From contig OZ024742.1 of NCBI GenBank assembly GCA_964016885.1, positions 195,238,001-195,302,000 on the forward strand: 64,000 nucleotides of DNA. Reading direction: 5' to 3'. Positions 1 to 14,956 of the stretch are shown here, one piece after another (position 1 is the stretch's first letter; every line of letters starts with the position of its first letter). The position numbers and the translations under genes were made by a program. Below the pieces are notes generated by a model, which ran no database searches, was not told where the DNA came from, and was given only the letters and a program-made list of their open reading frames with translations. The stretch is from Eledone cirrhosa. Its lineage: Eukaryota.

Positions 1-119
1 TGAGCTATTTCATTGTAAAGGACTGTTTGTGTTTAGAACTCTATTTTCATAGTATATATATATATGTATATTTATTATTTATTAAAATAACAGATTTTAG
101 TCTTCAAATTTATTATTAT

Positions 120-192
<73 letters not shown>

Positions 193-707
193 TGAGAGAG
201 AGAGAGATTTTGCATAAAAATAACTTTAACATTAATAAATAACAATAAACTATATATAATAAAATAACAATTGAAATCGCCAGTAGGGGGGGGGGTAACG
301 TTACTGCAGGGTTGTTTTACACCTCGTGGATAGAAGAACCCTCAACACCAGGAACACGTTTTGTAGGTGTTCCCGTCTTCCCTCTGTTTATCTTCCTCAA
401 CCTACAGGTTTATATACAGAGAAGGCCCATTCACTGGGGCCATTTTTGCCACAGATAGATAGATAGATAGAAAGAGATAGAGGGAGAGAGAGAGATATAT
501 ATACACATATATAAATACATATACGTACATACATATATTCATATATATACATATATATATATATATATACATATACGTATATACATACATGTATACATAT
601 ATATATATACATAAACGTACATACATACATATATACGTATATTGGATATTCGTACCATTTGTGCACTACAATAACCAGCTAAATGAACTTTTAGTCACCA
701 GCACGTG

Positions 708-759
<52 letters not shown>

Positions 760-1181
760 GAGTGTGTATGTGTATGACTGGCAACCCACCATAACCTGTT
801 TAGCTCTTTATATATCCAACTACCCTTTACTCTATATCTCTATATACATATACATCCTTACATATACATCCATATGTATGCATTCATATATATACATCAA
901 TATATAATCAAATGACATTTTATTTATGCCATCTTTAATTTTCCGTCTGTTTGGTAGCTGTTTCTAGCATGAGCGTGCTAGTGACGGCCTGCCGTTTTTT
1001 GGTGTATGTCTTAAAGTATGTTTGTCTGTGAATGAATTGGGTCGTCAAGTATGAAAATTGTAGAAATTTGTTTTTATCTACAAATTTCTACAAATTTCAT
1101 ACTTGAAGAAGCAATATATATATTTATTAAATCTTTTGATTAAATCTTAACCAGTTAACATCTCAGGGTATGTCATATATC

Positions 1182-1244
1182 ATTATATTTTGTCTGATGA
1201 GGACGTACTGTTGTACATCCGAAATATGTATAATAAAATGTAAT
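1182..1244 (+). ncRNA. Type I hammerhead ribozyme (minimal stem III)
   Basis: ATTATATTTTGT-CTGATGA-GGACGTAC tgtt GTACATCC-GAAA-TATGTA-TA-ATAAAATGTAAT. Confidence 0.85.
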
Positions 1245-1380
1245 TGATAAAAAGAACATCTATTTTATTAATATTTGTATTTTAATATTAATAAATCTGG
1301 AAAATTATTTTTTCATAGAGTGCTTCCAATCTACTGTAAATCTCATTCTTTGATATACTCATTGAATATTGTTTAACTCC

Positions 1381-1439
<59 letters not shown>

Positions 1440-1817
1440 TCATCATCATCATCATCATCAACTTTTAACGTCCGTGTTCCACGCTTGCATGGGTTTGGAC
1501 GGGGGTAGTCCCACTTGAGGCAAGAGTGATTGTCTTGCTCGCATAGGACTGTCTGGCAGGTTTTCTACAGTTGGATGCCCTTCCTAACACCAACCACATT
1601 TACAGTGTGGGTCTGGGAGGTTTTTACCGTGTTGCCTACACGGCCACATTACAGCGTGGACTGTGTGTTTTTTTGTCGTGACACCTACACGATCTCATTT
1701 GTTTCGGCCTCGATGGCGCGGCACCAACATAACTTTACATAGAACGGGGTGGTGTGGATGGGGGGGGGGGTATTTTGTTAGAGATGCCTACTGGCTGTAG
1801 TAGGTTTTACTATGTAT

Positions 1818-3045
1818 TTAGGTAAGGCGGGTCTTCTCTGTTACTGAGTACCGCCAAAGGTCTCGGTCCAGTGACATTGTCTTGGAGAGGTGTAAGTGTG
1901 TGAAGTCGGAGTTTATCAGCTCGTCCCAGGTTTTTCTAGGTCTGCCTATTCCGTGGCTACCGTCTATCTTTATTGCCCTGCACTTTGTTATACAGCTATC
2001 GACTTTCATGCGCATCACGTGTCCATACCAACGTAGCCTTCTCTCGAGTAAACAACATCTGATCCCTCTTATTTCTAATTTTTTCCTTAGTTCGTTTATG
2101 CTTTGCCGTTCACGTATATTACTGTTACACATCCAGCGGAGCATGCAAGCTTCGTTCCTCTCTAGTCTGCGTATATCCTCTGCACACAATGCCCAGGTCT
2201 CACTGCCATGCAACATTGCTGTTCGTATGCAGGCATCGTACAACCTGCCTTTCATTTTTAGGGAGAACCCTTTAGCAGCTAATAGTGGTATAAGCTCTCT
2301 GAACTTTTTCCAACCAGTTCTGACTCTAGCTACTGTACTTTCAGAGCACCCTCCCCCACTGCTGATTTTATCGCCCAGGTAACGGAAGCTGTCCACTATT
2401 TCTATAGAACCCTCTGCGCAATTGAAAGAGCTAGTATTTAGTGGGCACTTGCTGCTACTTATTGCACCAGAGCACCGGCCACATGTAAAATCTATGTTCT
2501 TAGTTAGCTTACCTGTGATCCCACTACATCTTTTATGCACCCATACTTTGCATTTAGGACACAAAATGAAGTTTCTACCTACGCCTTTCCTACACACTGA
2601 GCATGACCATTTCCCAGAAGGGACCGCCGCCTTATTTTCTTTCCTACAAACTAGAACTTTAGTCTTAGCCAGGTTAATTTTAAGTCCTTTTGATTCTAGG
2701 CCGTGCTTGCATGTTTGGAATTTCTTCTCTAGCTCGGCCATTGATTCAGCTATGAGTGTCAGGTCGTCTGCGTATAGGAGTTCCCATGGGCAGCCGGTCT
2801 TGAACTCCTCTGTTATAGCCTGAAGGGCAATAATAAATAGTAGGGGGCTGAGAACAGAGCCCGGATGGACGCCAACTTTTACGCTAAACTCTTCACTATA
2901 TTCGTTGTTAATTCTAACCTTGCTGACTGTTTCTTTATACATGGCTTGTATAGCTCTCACAAGCCATTCGTCAACGCCTAGTTTTCTAAGAACCAACCAG
3001 ATAATGGAGCGGGGGACTCTGTCGAAGGCTTTCTCCAAGTCGACA
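1818..3045 (-). pseudogene. LINE ORF, C-terminal part: reverse transcriptase with embedded Cys/His zinc finger
   Basis: Motifs EKAFDRV, GSVLSPLLF, YADD, FRYLG, RLRWYGHV, GRPRKTW. PHD-like insert CSVC..CPKC..HKRC..CGRC. Confidence 0.92.
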
Positions 3046-4979
3046 AAAGAGGGGTTTACCTTTAGCTAGGTACTTCTCCTGTAGTTGTCGTACAATGAAA
3101 AGAGCGTCTGTGGTACTTTTGCCTGACACAAACCCGAACTGCATTTCATTTAGGTCAATTCTCTCTCTGATTAGTTGCGCTATTACTTTTTCCGTGACCT
3201 TCATGACCTGGTCGATTAATTTAATGCCTCTATAGTTACTCCTATCTAGGGCGTCTCCTTTACCCTTATAACAGTTAACGATGATGATGCTATGCCAGTC
3301 CTTCGGAACAACCCCATTCTGTACGACTTGGTTAACTATGCGGGTGACCATGGTGTGTCCCACCGTGCCAGATGCCTTCAGCATCTCAGCAACTATTTCC
3401 GAAGGCCCAGCCGCCTTACCCGTCTTCATATCCTTGATTGCCTTACTTATTATACTCCCCTCGACTAACACTGCTGGTCCCTCTATTGGGTCGATATGGG
3501 GGAGACTGTCTTTCTCCCATTTATTCTCCTCATTTAGTAGCCTTTCATAGTGACACTTCCAAGCTACCTTCTTATCAGCGTCGGTGATGACAAGTACGCC
3601 GTCATCATTAAGTACACACTTCTCCCCGACAATATCACGGTTTTCCTTGACGCATTGCCTAGCAATCCTGAACACCTCACGTTTTTGGTCCTCGCGTTGT
3701 AGAACATGCTTGAACTTTCTTTCCTCTGCTTCCCTTCTTGCTAAGTACATTTGTCTCCTAGCTTCCCTCCTGGCCACTTGATAGTCTTCTCTACTTCCCC
3801 CATCCCGCCATACTTTCCAAGCCTGCTTTTTGGCCTTAATTGACCCCTCCACCTTACTGTTCCACCACCATGTTACTCTCCTCCTGCCTACAGGCCTGCT
3901 CCAGCCACAGACTTCGTCTGTGGCCATCAGCAGGTTTGCTTTCAGAAATTCCCACTGTCCCTCTATATTGTCCGACTCTAAATGCTCTTCCTTACTGTCG
4001 AAAGCATCAAGTAATATGCTTTGAAATTTATTTCTGGCTGTGGGGTCCTTTAGCTTCCATATTTTTCTCCTGAGGATAGTCCTCTTCTGCTGTCGAGTAC
4101 CTCTTGTCCTGACTATGAGGTCGCTAATTATCAGTCTATGTTGGGAGGTGCATTCTTTATGGGGGAGGGATTTAGTGTTTACAACAGACACTCTGTCACG
4201 TCTTCTGGTAAGGATATAATCTACCTGGCTTGTGTGTTCCCCGGATCTATAGGTGATCAGGTGATTGTCACGTTTTTTGAAGTTAGTGTTACAGATAGTT
4301 AGGTTATTTGCGTCACAGAATTCCAGGATTCTGGAGCCTTCCTCATTTCTAGTACCAAACCCATAGCCTCCATGGATTTCGTCGTAGCCGTCACAATGTT
4401 GTCCAACGTGACCATTTAGGTCGCCTGCAATAATTATATAGTCACTGTCGGATATTTGGGAGGTAGTGAGCATCAGTGTCTCATAGAATCTGTCTTTTAT
4501 AGTGCCGGGCAGTCCGGATTGGGGTGCGTACGCAGATATTACTGTCACCGTAGTTCTATTGAGGACAAGTCGTATTTTAATTATTCTGTCGTTCACTCTA
4601 TTTACGTCTATTATCTTATCTGCCCACTTTTCTGCTACCATGATTCCTACTCCACCCAGCCCATCGTCGTTTCCCACCCAGAAAAGCTTATAACATCGTT
4701 TTTTACCCTCAATGAATCTAGCAGACCCACCCCTCCACCTGGTCTCTTCAATACAACAAACATCGACCTCCTTACGTTCAAGCATTTCTACAACCACGTT
4801 AGCGCGACCCTTTAGGGTGCCTACATTTATGGTACCAACTCTGAAGTTTTGGATTGCGTTTGGAGGGTGGGGGTGGTGGGGGCGGGGGGAGATGGGGTTA
4901 TGTTAGCCGTCTGCGGTCGAAACAAAAAGGAGTGCTCGCATTCTCGTCCACGAGGTGAATTTGTCTTTAACTTTGGCAT
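2986..4979 (-). pseudogene. LINE ORF, N-terminal part: AP endonuclease and start of RT
   Basis: Motifs GTINVGTL, CCIEETRW, SAYAPQ, GDLNGHVG, QVDYIL, SQHRL, KAAGPS, NYRGIKL, QFGF. Probable ATG at 4979, with a frameshift in a poly-C tract. Confidence 0.9.
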
Positions 4980-5609
4980 TTTCGCTGAGCGTCCAGATTT
5001 TTCTCTCTCTTCCACTCTCCAGGATTCCGCAGTCCATCCATCCATCCATCATATATCGAAAGGCAACCGGGCAAGCGATAGTATAGGCCTCTGGCTTATG
5101 ATTGGTCCGCGTAATAACAATGGTGCTGGGGGGGGGGGCTCTGGCTTATGATTGGTCCACGTAATAACAATGGTGGTGTGTGGGGGCGGGTGGGAGGGGT
5201 GTTGGGTAGCTAGCTGGAAGGTTAGGATTTTTAACAAGCTATTAACAAAAAAACAAAAATACAAGATTTGTTCTGTTCAATACGACAAAAACTCCCGTAT
5301 TTAACATAAATAACAAAAAATACAGATTTGCTCTAGGAAAACGTTCGCTACATTTCGGATTTTGCAAGATTGGATGTTTGGACTAGGTACGAAATTGAAG
5401 CGTGGAGTAGATAGAAAAATGTGTACGTTACGATTACATGATACACCGTAGTAGGGACAGCAAAACAAAACAAAATCCTTCCCTTCTGCTTCTTATAAAT
5501 TCCTTTAAATATATTATGCTACTTCGAAAAGTCAAAAATCCCGCTTCTACACCCAGACCCTCTCCCTCTACTTCACGAGGGCCTGCGGTCATCCACCCCA
5601 ATACCTACA

Positions 5610-5690
<81 letters not shown>

Positions 5691-5693
<3 letters not shown>

Positions 5694-8600
5694 TGTTATA
5701 CTTTGGGAGGGTCATGTTGCCAATAAGAAACACACGCACCAGTTGTTTCACTTCAATTTATTATATATTTATAAATTTATAAATTTACAAATTTACAAAC
5801 TTATAAATTTCTGGTTGGTTGGTTGGTTCCACAACCAGATAGTTGTTTATATATAGTCATAGTCCTTTCGTCACACACTCTGTGACCTCTTCAGTGACTG
5901 GGGATTCCTTTCTTCGTTTCTGTGCCTTTCCTTTCTTCTATCCTACGCCATTTTGTTTCTGTGTGTGTGTTGTGTGCTCAGTTTGCGCATGCGCCACATC
6001 CGGGTGTCTGTGTGTGTTTGTGTTCATTTATCTATTTGTTTATTTATTTATTTATTTATTGTTGGTTGGTTGTTTGTTCTATGTGTGTGTGTGTTTTCAT
6101 TTTGTCCTGTGTGTGTTTTCATTTTGTGTGTGTTTTCATTTTGTCCTTAATTGTAAGTTGTTTGTTCTATGTGTGTGTGTGTTTTCATTTTGTGCTTAAT
6201 TGTAAGTTGTGATGTTGCTGTTCCACTCATATTTTCTATTTAATTTTGGTTTTAATTCTTTTATGCTTACTGCCTCTGTAATTTGCCTAAACATTGCGTC
6301 TTTTCTGTGTGTGGATTCTATTTTTATTTCTATGCTCTCTAAACTACCCCTGTGTTCTATCTTAGCATGTTGGTAGAGCACAGATGATTCTTTATTATCT
6401 TGGAGGTCTCGCCAGTGTTCATTTATTCGTTCCCCTATACTACGAGCTGTCTCACCTATGTACACTATATTTTTGTTTCTACATTGTCCTTCAGTACATC
6501 TTATGCTATACACTACATTTCTAGTTTTACAGTTAATATGGGGGCTTATTTTACAGGTTATACATTTCTTATCTATACATGAGGGTCTTTGGAACAGGTA
6601 TGTCTTGCTAATAAGTGTTTTTACGGAGGTACCAGGTCTTTCTACTATCTTAATATTGAGATTATGTTTATTTAGGGCCCTTCTAAATTTGTAGGCTAGT
6701 TCGCCTCTAGGGGTTGTATTGATGAACATTACACTCTGGTATTTATTGCTATCATACCATGAGTTTATTCTATTGGCCTTGTTCCTAGTTCTTTCTATTC
6801 TATTCCAAAATTTGCTCCTATACAAGGGGCAGGTCCCATTTATGTCATTATTTACCATTTTTTCCCATTTGGTTCTGGCTCCTTTATACACTCTGATTCT
6901 ATCTCTCTGATTGTAGCCAGAGAACTGCATACAGTGGATGAAGTGTTGTATGTGTCTCTCTAGTTCTTCGGGGTTGCACATGCGGGACACATTTCTCATC
7001 ACCCGTACCAAATCCGCAATCAGTATGTTGATTTTGGTATGGTCCGAAATGGCCGAGTTTCGGTGGATCAGATGTTTGGAAGTCATGGGTTTGGCATAAT
7101 GGGAATGGAGGATTTGTTTTTGGTTGTTAATGGTATCTAACCAGAGCTCTGTGTCTAGTACAGGTAATCGATGGTTGGGGTGTCTACTTGGGTAGTCTAT
7201 AGTAATTCTAATGCTCTGGTGGATGGAGTTTGCTATTTGCTGGATGCTTTCCATTGTGTTTTTCTCTAGTTCCTGACTGTTCTTTAGTGGGGGTGTCTTA
7301 ACTACGATGTTTATATCATCTACGTAGCGGGAGTACATTATGAGGGTTAAGCTGTCTTCTAATTGTTCATTAAGTTTTTGTTTAAGTCTACTGTCCCACC
7401 ATACCATGAATAAGTTAGCTATGTCGCCTGCAATGCTAACACCAATGGCTGCTCCTTCCTCTTGGGCATATGTTTTACCATTAAATTTGAACATATGTTC
7501 CTTAAGGGTTAATTTTATGCTGGCCCCTAGTGCATGTGCAATCATTTTCTTCAGTTCATCGTGGTTTTCGGGTGTCCGTATGGCTCTGGTCCACCCGTTC
7601 CATCTATCTGTGTGGGTTTTCTTGGCCATTGAGGTAATGGTAGGTGGTCTGCCTCTTGCTGGTCTTGTAGGGCACAGGTTGCTAAGGTCATAAGTGTCTA
7701 GGTAACTATTACTATGGGTAAGCTTAAGTAGAAGTCCCAGCTCACTGGTATCAATCCCACGGAACTCAACCTTGCTCTCGCTGATCATTTCTACGCATTT
7801 CTCCACAGCAAAATCCACGTCAATAGATGGATACAGGGACACAACATCCATACTGCCTATTATGCAGTTTGTTAGGTCCCCAGATCGGTTACCCGCGCCG
7901 ATTCCGCTGAGGAGGTCCTCCGTGCTGTCACACACATCTGGGGACATCTCAATGATGGGGCGTATGATCAGGGAGAGGAAGTAGGACAGTCTGTAGTTAC
8001 TAGCAATGTTAGCCCCACAGACTGGCCGTGTTGGTGGTCCCGCGACAGGGTCCCAGTCCGTTTTATGGTCTTTTCGAAGCCCATACAACGCCGGCACGTC
8101 ATTGTTCCAGGCCTGAAAGTTGTTGGCAGTCCTTTTGTTGGGCTGCATTATATTCGTCCACATCACCATATGGGCATTGAGGGCTTTTTCCCTATCCTCA
8201 TGCTCCTGTGGTGTTACCTCTCTTGTGTTAGTGATGTGGGGTTGCATTGCCTGCATGTAGTTTGGCAGGCTGTCAACCGACATTCTGCCAGACTTGTCTG
8301 TTGGAAAACATGCTATCTCTCCATTACGCGAGCGCTGCATGAGCTTACACAAGCCATTTGCAGATTCTTCTCCCAGTTGCTGGGCCTCTATTCTATTATG
8401 CTTCTTGCTATACTGTTCTATAATATTTCTAAGTTCGGATTTAGCTATACTAAATTGTGCTTCTGTTTGTTCATCGACCTGCGACGGCAACTGCGTGCGT
8501 TTGTTAAATGGCAAAGTCGTGGCGTGGACTCGTCGTAGGTCGAATGATTTATCGGAGGGGTTATAAAACGGAGAGTTCCAGGCTGCTGCTTTATGTGTAC

Positions 8601-8960
8601 TAGTGCTATTATTATTGTTAGTTGTGTTGTTTCTATTTCTATTTCCACCAATAGCCTCATGGTTGTTTCTATGTCTCTCATAATTACTCCTGTCTCTTTC
8701 CACTGGCTCAATGTTGTTATCTACCCTATTTTGTGTGTCTGTGTGTTCGTCTTGGTTATTCTCTTTGTCCTTAGTCTCCCATCTCCTTTTCCTTTTAATC
8801 CTATTACTTTCTCTTATTCCTCTGATTTCTGTGCTACTGTCATTACTTGTTTTCTGTGTCTGTGTGTTTGTTAAGATTGTGGTGGTGGTGAGAGGCATTG
8901 AATGCGTGTGTGTTGTTGTTGTTGATGTGTGTTGTTGTTGATGTGTGTTGTTGTTGTATA
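5691..8960 (-). mobile_element. Penelope-like retroelement (PLE-1) with 3' end in (TA)n
   Basis: RT + GIY-YIG ORF; the 3' UTR carries a hammerhead and runs into (TA)n at about 5690. Confidence 0.9.
5855..5899 (-). ncRNA. Type I hammerhead ribozyme in PLE-1 3' UTR
   Basis: AGTCA-CTGAAGA-GGTCACA gagtg TGTGAC-GAAA-GGAC-TA-TGACT. Confidence 0.85.
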
Positions 8961-8994
8961 TAGGAACGAGTAGGACCCCGGCGGCTGAGCTCAA
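6196..8994 (-). CDS. Penelope-like reverse transcriptase + C-terminal GIY-YIG endonuclease (true start uncertain)
   Basis: Motifs PTDKSGR, LYGLRKDHK, TRPVC, SMDVVSLYPSI, QEEGAAIG, RYVDD, LPVLD, CxxxxCxxC linker, VVYSIRC..YIGETARS..RINEH. No internal stop over 932 codons. Confidence 0.92.
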   Translation of the reverse strand: MSSAAGVLLVPIYNNNTHQQQHTSTTTTHTHSMPLTTTTILTNTQTQKTSNDSSTEIRGIRESNRIKRKRRWETKDKENNQDEHTDTQNRVDNNIEPVERDRSNYERHRNNHEAIGGNRNRNNTTNNNNSTSTHKAAAWNSPFYNPSDKSFDLRRVHATTLPFNKRTQLPSQVDEQTEAQFSIAKSELRNIIEQYSKKHNRIEAQQLGEESANGLCKLMQRSRNGEIACFPTDKSGRMSVDSLPNYMQAMQPHITNTREVTPQEHEDREKALNAHMVMWTNIMQPNKRTANNFQAWNNDVPALYGLRKDHKTDWDPVAGPPTRPVCGANIASNYRLSYFLSLIIRPIIEMSPDVCDSTEDLLSGIGAGNRSGDLTNCIIGSMDVVSLYPSIDVDFAVEKCVEMISESKVEFRGIDTSELGLLLKLTHSNSYLDTYDLSNLCPTRPARGRPPTITSMAKKTHTDRWNGWTRAIRTPENHDELKKMIAHALGASIKLTLKEHMFKFNGKTYAQEEGAAIGVSIAGDIANLFMVWWDSRLKQKLNEQLEDSLTLIMYSRYVDDINIVVKTPPLKNSQELEKNTMESIQQIANSIHQSIRITIDYPSRHPNHRLPVLDTELWLDTINNQKQILHSHYAKPMTSKHLIHRNSAISDHTKINILIADLVRVMRNVSRMCNPEELERHIQHFIHCMQFSGYNQRDRIRVYKGARTKWEKMVNNDINGTCPLYRSKFWNRIERTRNKANRINSWYDSNKYQSVMFINTTPRGELAYKFRRALNKHNLNIKIVERPGTSVKTLISKTYLFQRPSCIDKKCITCKISPHINCKTRNVVYSIRCTEGQCRNKNIVYIGETARSIGERINEHWRDLQDNKESSVLYQHAKIEHRGSLESIEIKIESTHRKDAMFRQITEAVSIKELKPKLNRKYEWNSNITTYN

Positions 8995-9063
8995 GCAGTT
9001 TCGAGTATTGAGTACTTTGGTGCGTTATGGTCCACTTGGTTCCTTACCACATTTCCTTCGTTA
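8960..9063. repeat. TA-flanked short element with half-hammerhead (also 20398-20522, 33618-33762)
   Basis: Three homologous copies share the GGTTCCTTACCAC terminus and TCGAAAC(G/T)GC..GCCG(T/C)C. Confidence 0.7.
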
Positions 9064-9369
9064 TATACATATATATATATTAAAGAGTTAAACAATATGT
9101 GTGGGTAAGTACGCCCATCTTCGAGTTTGTGTGTAAGAATGATAGATATATAGCAGAACAGAAAATGGAACTCCACATGAGTTATAGACGCAAGGTGAAA
9201 GTTTTATATTTAGGAATACTTTACTATACAAGTCCATGGTCTCTCTAATGTATTATTAGGGAAAACAGCGTTACTTGCAGAGCCAATGTATATGAGACAA
9301 TTGTGTTTTTCATTCTTTATAGTGTTCTGTTTTGCCCTCTTTCTCAATCTACACAAAATCACAGACTTT

Positions 9370-11170
<1,801 letters not shown>

Positions 11171-11543
11171 TATCATATATTTGTTCTCCTTTTAGCTATC
11201 TTGTTTTTATGCCCCGCGCACCACCCCAAAGAGATCTTATTCTGTATTCTGTATTCTGTATTCGCTCTTCTGTGTTTTGTGATTTTTCATTTAGCACCGA
11301 CATCTTACTAAAGATTCCTCTTTTTCATGTAACCATATAAGGCGTTGGATTAAATATCCTGGTACATGTTTCGGCTCACTGAGTTTCAATCTAGCAAAGA
11401 ATGATCAGCCACTTGCAAGTTAATTTCACGAGAAAGGTGATCTGGTGATCGAATCAACTGAAATGGTCATATTCATATTTATTGAGTGTGTATATGTTTA
11501 AGTGTATATATATATATATATGTATGTATATGTATATATATAT

Positions 11544-12382
<839 letters not shown>

Positions 12383-12385
12383 TAT

Positions 12386-13622
12386 AACCCAAACTTCATA
12401 CTAAGAGTTTTCTCCTTCAAAGTAATCCCCCTGGAGTCTAATGTACTTCTCCATCCTTTTCTGCCACGCTTGCATGCACTCCTGGAAGGATTCTTCCGGG
12501 ATCCTCCGCAGTTCCGTCGTCACGGCCTTTTTGATGTCGTCCACGTCTTCAAAACGGGTCCCCTTGATGACCCCCTTGAGCTTGGGGAATAGGAAAAAAT
12601 CACACGGAGCCAGGTCGGGGGAGTAGGGAGGTTTCTCCAGCACGGCGATGTTCTTCTCGGCAAGGAATTGTCGGATGCTCAAGGCATTGTGAGCAGGCGT
12701 GTTGTCATAGTGAAGCAGCCACGAGTTGTCCTGCCACAACTCTCGCCTCTTCTCATGCACTGAATGAAGTATCTCTTAATAGACATGTTGGTTGATCGTC
12801 TGGCCCTGTAGCAAGAAATCGCAGAGGACGATCGCCCTCACATCGAAGAATGTGATCAACATGACCTTGACTTTGAACTTCGACTGTCGTGCTTTCTTTC
12901 GGCATTGGCGACGACGGATTCTTCCACTGAAAGCTCTGGCGTTTGGTTTCTGGGTCGTACTCGAAGATCCATGACTCATCACCGGTGATGACTGTCCCTA
13001 GCAAGTCTGGTTCGGTTTCAAGACGTTCGAGGATGTCCTGGCACACTTGCATACGTCGACCCTTCTGGTCTTCGTTCAGCAGTTTTGGTACCATCTTCGC
13101 GCAGACTTTCCGCATGTCCAAATCTTCAGTGAGAATCTTCCAGACGCTGTCCCGATTCATGCCCAGCTCATTTGCCATCAGTCGAACAGTCAGCCGACGA
13201 TCGCTACGCACCATCTGCCTGACGCGCTCAACGTTGACCTCAGTCCTGGTTGTTGAGGGCCTTCTGTTCCTGGGGTCATCTTCCACGTCCTCGCTTCCTC
13301 CTTTAAACCTCTTGCACCACTCAAAAACACGTTCTCATGTCCATACACTTTCTGCAGCAATCCCAGTGCTACTGACGGAGTTTTCCCCAACCGTACCAGA
13401 AACTTCATGTTTGTTCGTTGCTCTGTGCTCATTGCTTGACGACCTGAAACAGAGGAAATGTATATAAAATTATGAAGAAAAAAGTTTGATCGCTGCAGAG
13501 AGCTAAGATTACAGTTACATACCCCAGGGGGATTACTTTGAAGGAGAAAACTCTTAGTGTGAAGTTTGGGTTTGAAATAAATCTTTTGTGACATCAGTCC
13601 TGGAACTTTTCTGACACACCTC

Positions 13623-13623
<1 letters not shown>
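12386..13623 (-). mobile_element. Mariner (DD34D) DNA transposon, decayed, one TIR truncated
   Basis: TA-CGAGGTGTGTCAGAAAAGTTCC terminus at 13623; inner TIR 13529-13572 is mirrored at 12386-12430. Confidence 0.9.
12401..13432 (-). pseudogene. Mariner transposase with several frameshifts
   Basis: Motifs EQRTNMKF, VCAKMVPKLL, ITGDESW, LHYDNTPAH, YSPDLAPCDFFLFPKLK, GDYFE spread over four frame segments. Confidence 0.93.
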
Positions 13624-13683
<60 letters not shown>

Positions 13684-13719
13684 TATTGAAGTTTGCTTGA
13701 AGCATTGTGGAATAATAAG

Positions 13720-14328
13720 TAAATATCTTTAAGTCGTTAGGAAGCCTCGACAATGCAAATGGGTAAATCTCCGGGTAACAAGATCCGGTGGTGGAGAGAG
13801 AGATGTAAGTGGGTGTACGTTGAGATACGTGGTGTGTATAAGATGTGTAAGATGTGTAGAAGAATGAAGGGAAGAGTATAAAGGATAAAATAAAAATAAC
13901 AACACAAGAGAGAGTTACCTTGGGAGAGATTTAATAGTCCCTATATATTTCCGATTCACATCCATCAACTGGGGGGTTTTTCCGGGGTGGAGGAAAGGTT
14001 GTCTGTCGGACATGTGCGAAACGCGTCCTCCACTGTTTGTTATTTTGAATATCTGAGGTATTCGGCAGAGCGCGCGTGCGCGTGAAATGGGGTCGGTCGG
14101 GCAGAGGTCAGCGGCCGAATGAGGGAGTGGGGTGGCGTTAGCTATCAGTCCATTCTCTGCCTGTTTGTTAAATGTTACTGTGTGTGTGTGTGCGTGTGTT
14201 GTTGTCTCGCTTGAGTGTGTGTGTGTGTGTGTGTGTGTGTTGTTGCCTTGTTCCTCTGTATTGGCAGTGTAGTATGGAGATTTACCCATTTGCATTGTCG
14301 AGGCTTCCTAACGACTTAAAGATATTTA
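13720..14328. mobile_element. Non-coding element with 53-bp inverted ends next to (TA)n
   Basis: 13720-13772 is the reverse complement of 14276-14328. Confidence 0.7.
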
Positions 14329-14489
14329 AATATATATATATATATATATATAAATAATAGATGTAATCTGAGTTTTTCGAATATTAACAGTATTTTTGTG
14401 GTACTAGTAAAATTGGCGTACATTATTCAATATTTTCAGTCATTTTCAAAAACGATTCTCTCAAAAGAACATCAATAACATCAAAGATT

Positions 14490-14689
14490 GGAAATCTGGG
14501 ACTTGACTCTTTCTTCCTCACTTTTCGTTGCATTACCATCTTTGTTTGTTTACTGTCTCGCTATTCCCCTTATTTACGTGTCCCAACGACTTTCTTTAGC
14601 CGTTGCTCGCACCAACCGGAGGTATATGGTCTTTAAAGCGATGAAATACCAATGAAGGTTGGAAGATCACTGATGAAGGACTAACTTTA

Positions 14690-14695
<6 letters not shown>
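14490..14695 (+). repeat. Dispersed TA-anchored repeat family (also 20548-21460 as inverted + tandem copies)
   Basis: Shared GGTATATGGTCTTTAAAG..GAAGATCACTGATGAAGGACTAA..TTTATTCAT. Confidence 0.8.
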
Positions 14696-14762
<67 letters not shown>

Positions 14763-14811
14763 GAGAGGATAGAACACGAATAATCAGTGATGCATCGGAA
14801 CTCAATTTATT

Positions 14812-14904
14812 ACGTATTACAATTGTTTCCCCGGCGAACAGCTCGAGGTGCGATCTGTGTGTGGATCGAATCTGACTCTGGATTCGCAGGTTCCTCAGAC
14901 ACGT
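14812..14904 (-). ncRNA. Type I hammerhead with large branched stem II
   Basis: ACGTGT-CTGAGGA-ACCTGCGAA...TTCGCCGGG-GAAA-CAATTG-TA-ATACGT. Confidence 0.7.
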
Positions 14905-14956
14905 CTATTGATTTCGGAGCAAATGCACTTCATATATATATATATATTTCTATATA

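Larger units (their letters stand above)
1441..5300 (-). mobile_element. RTE-clade LINE, near full length (5' boundary uncertain)
   Basis: Single APE + RT reading frame broken by frameshifts near 4880 and 3045. The 3' UTR ends CCGTCCAAACCCATGCAAGCGTGGAACACGGACGTTAAAAG followed by a (TGA)n tail at 1441-1460. Confidence 0.9.

Noticed and set aside
5060-5610. HDV-like ribozyme expected at an RTE 5' end
   Set aside because: Could not build the nested double pseudoknot by eye.
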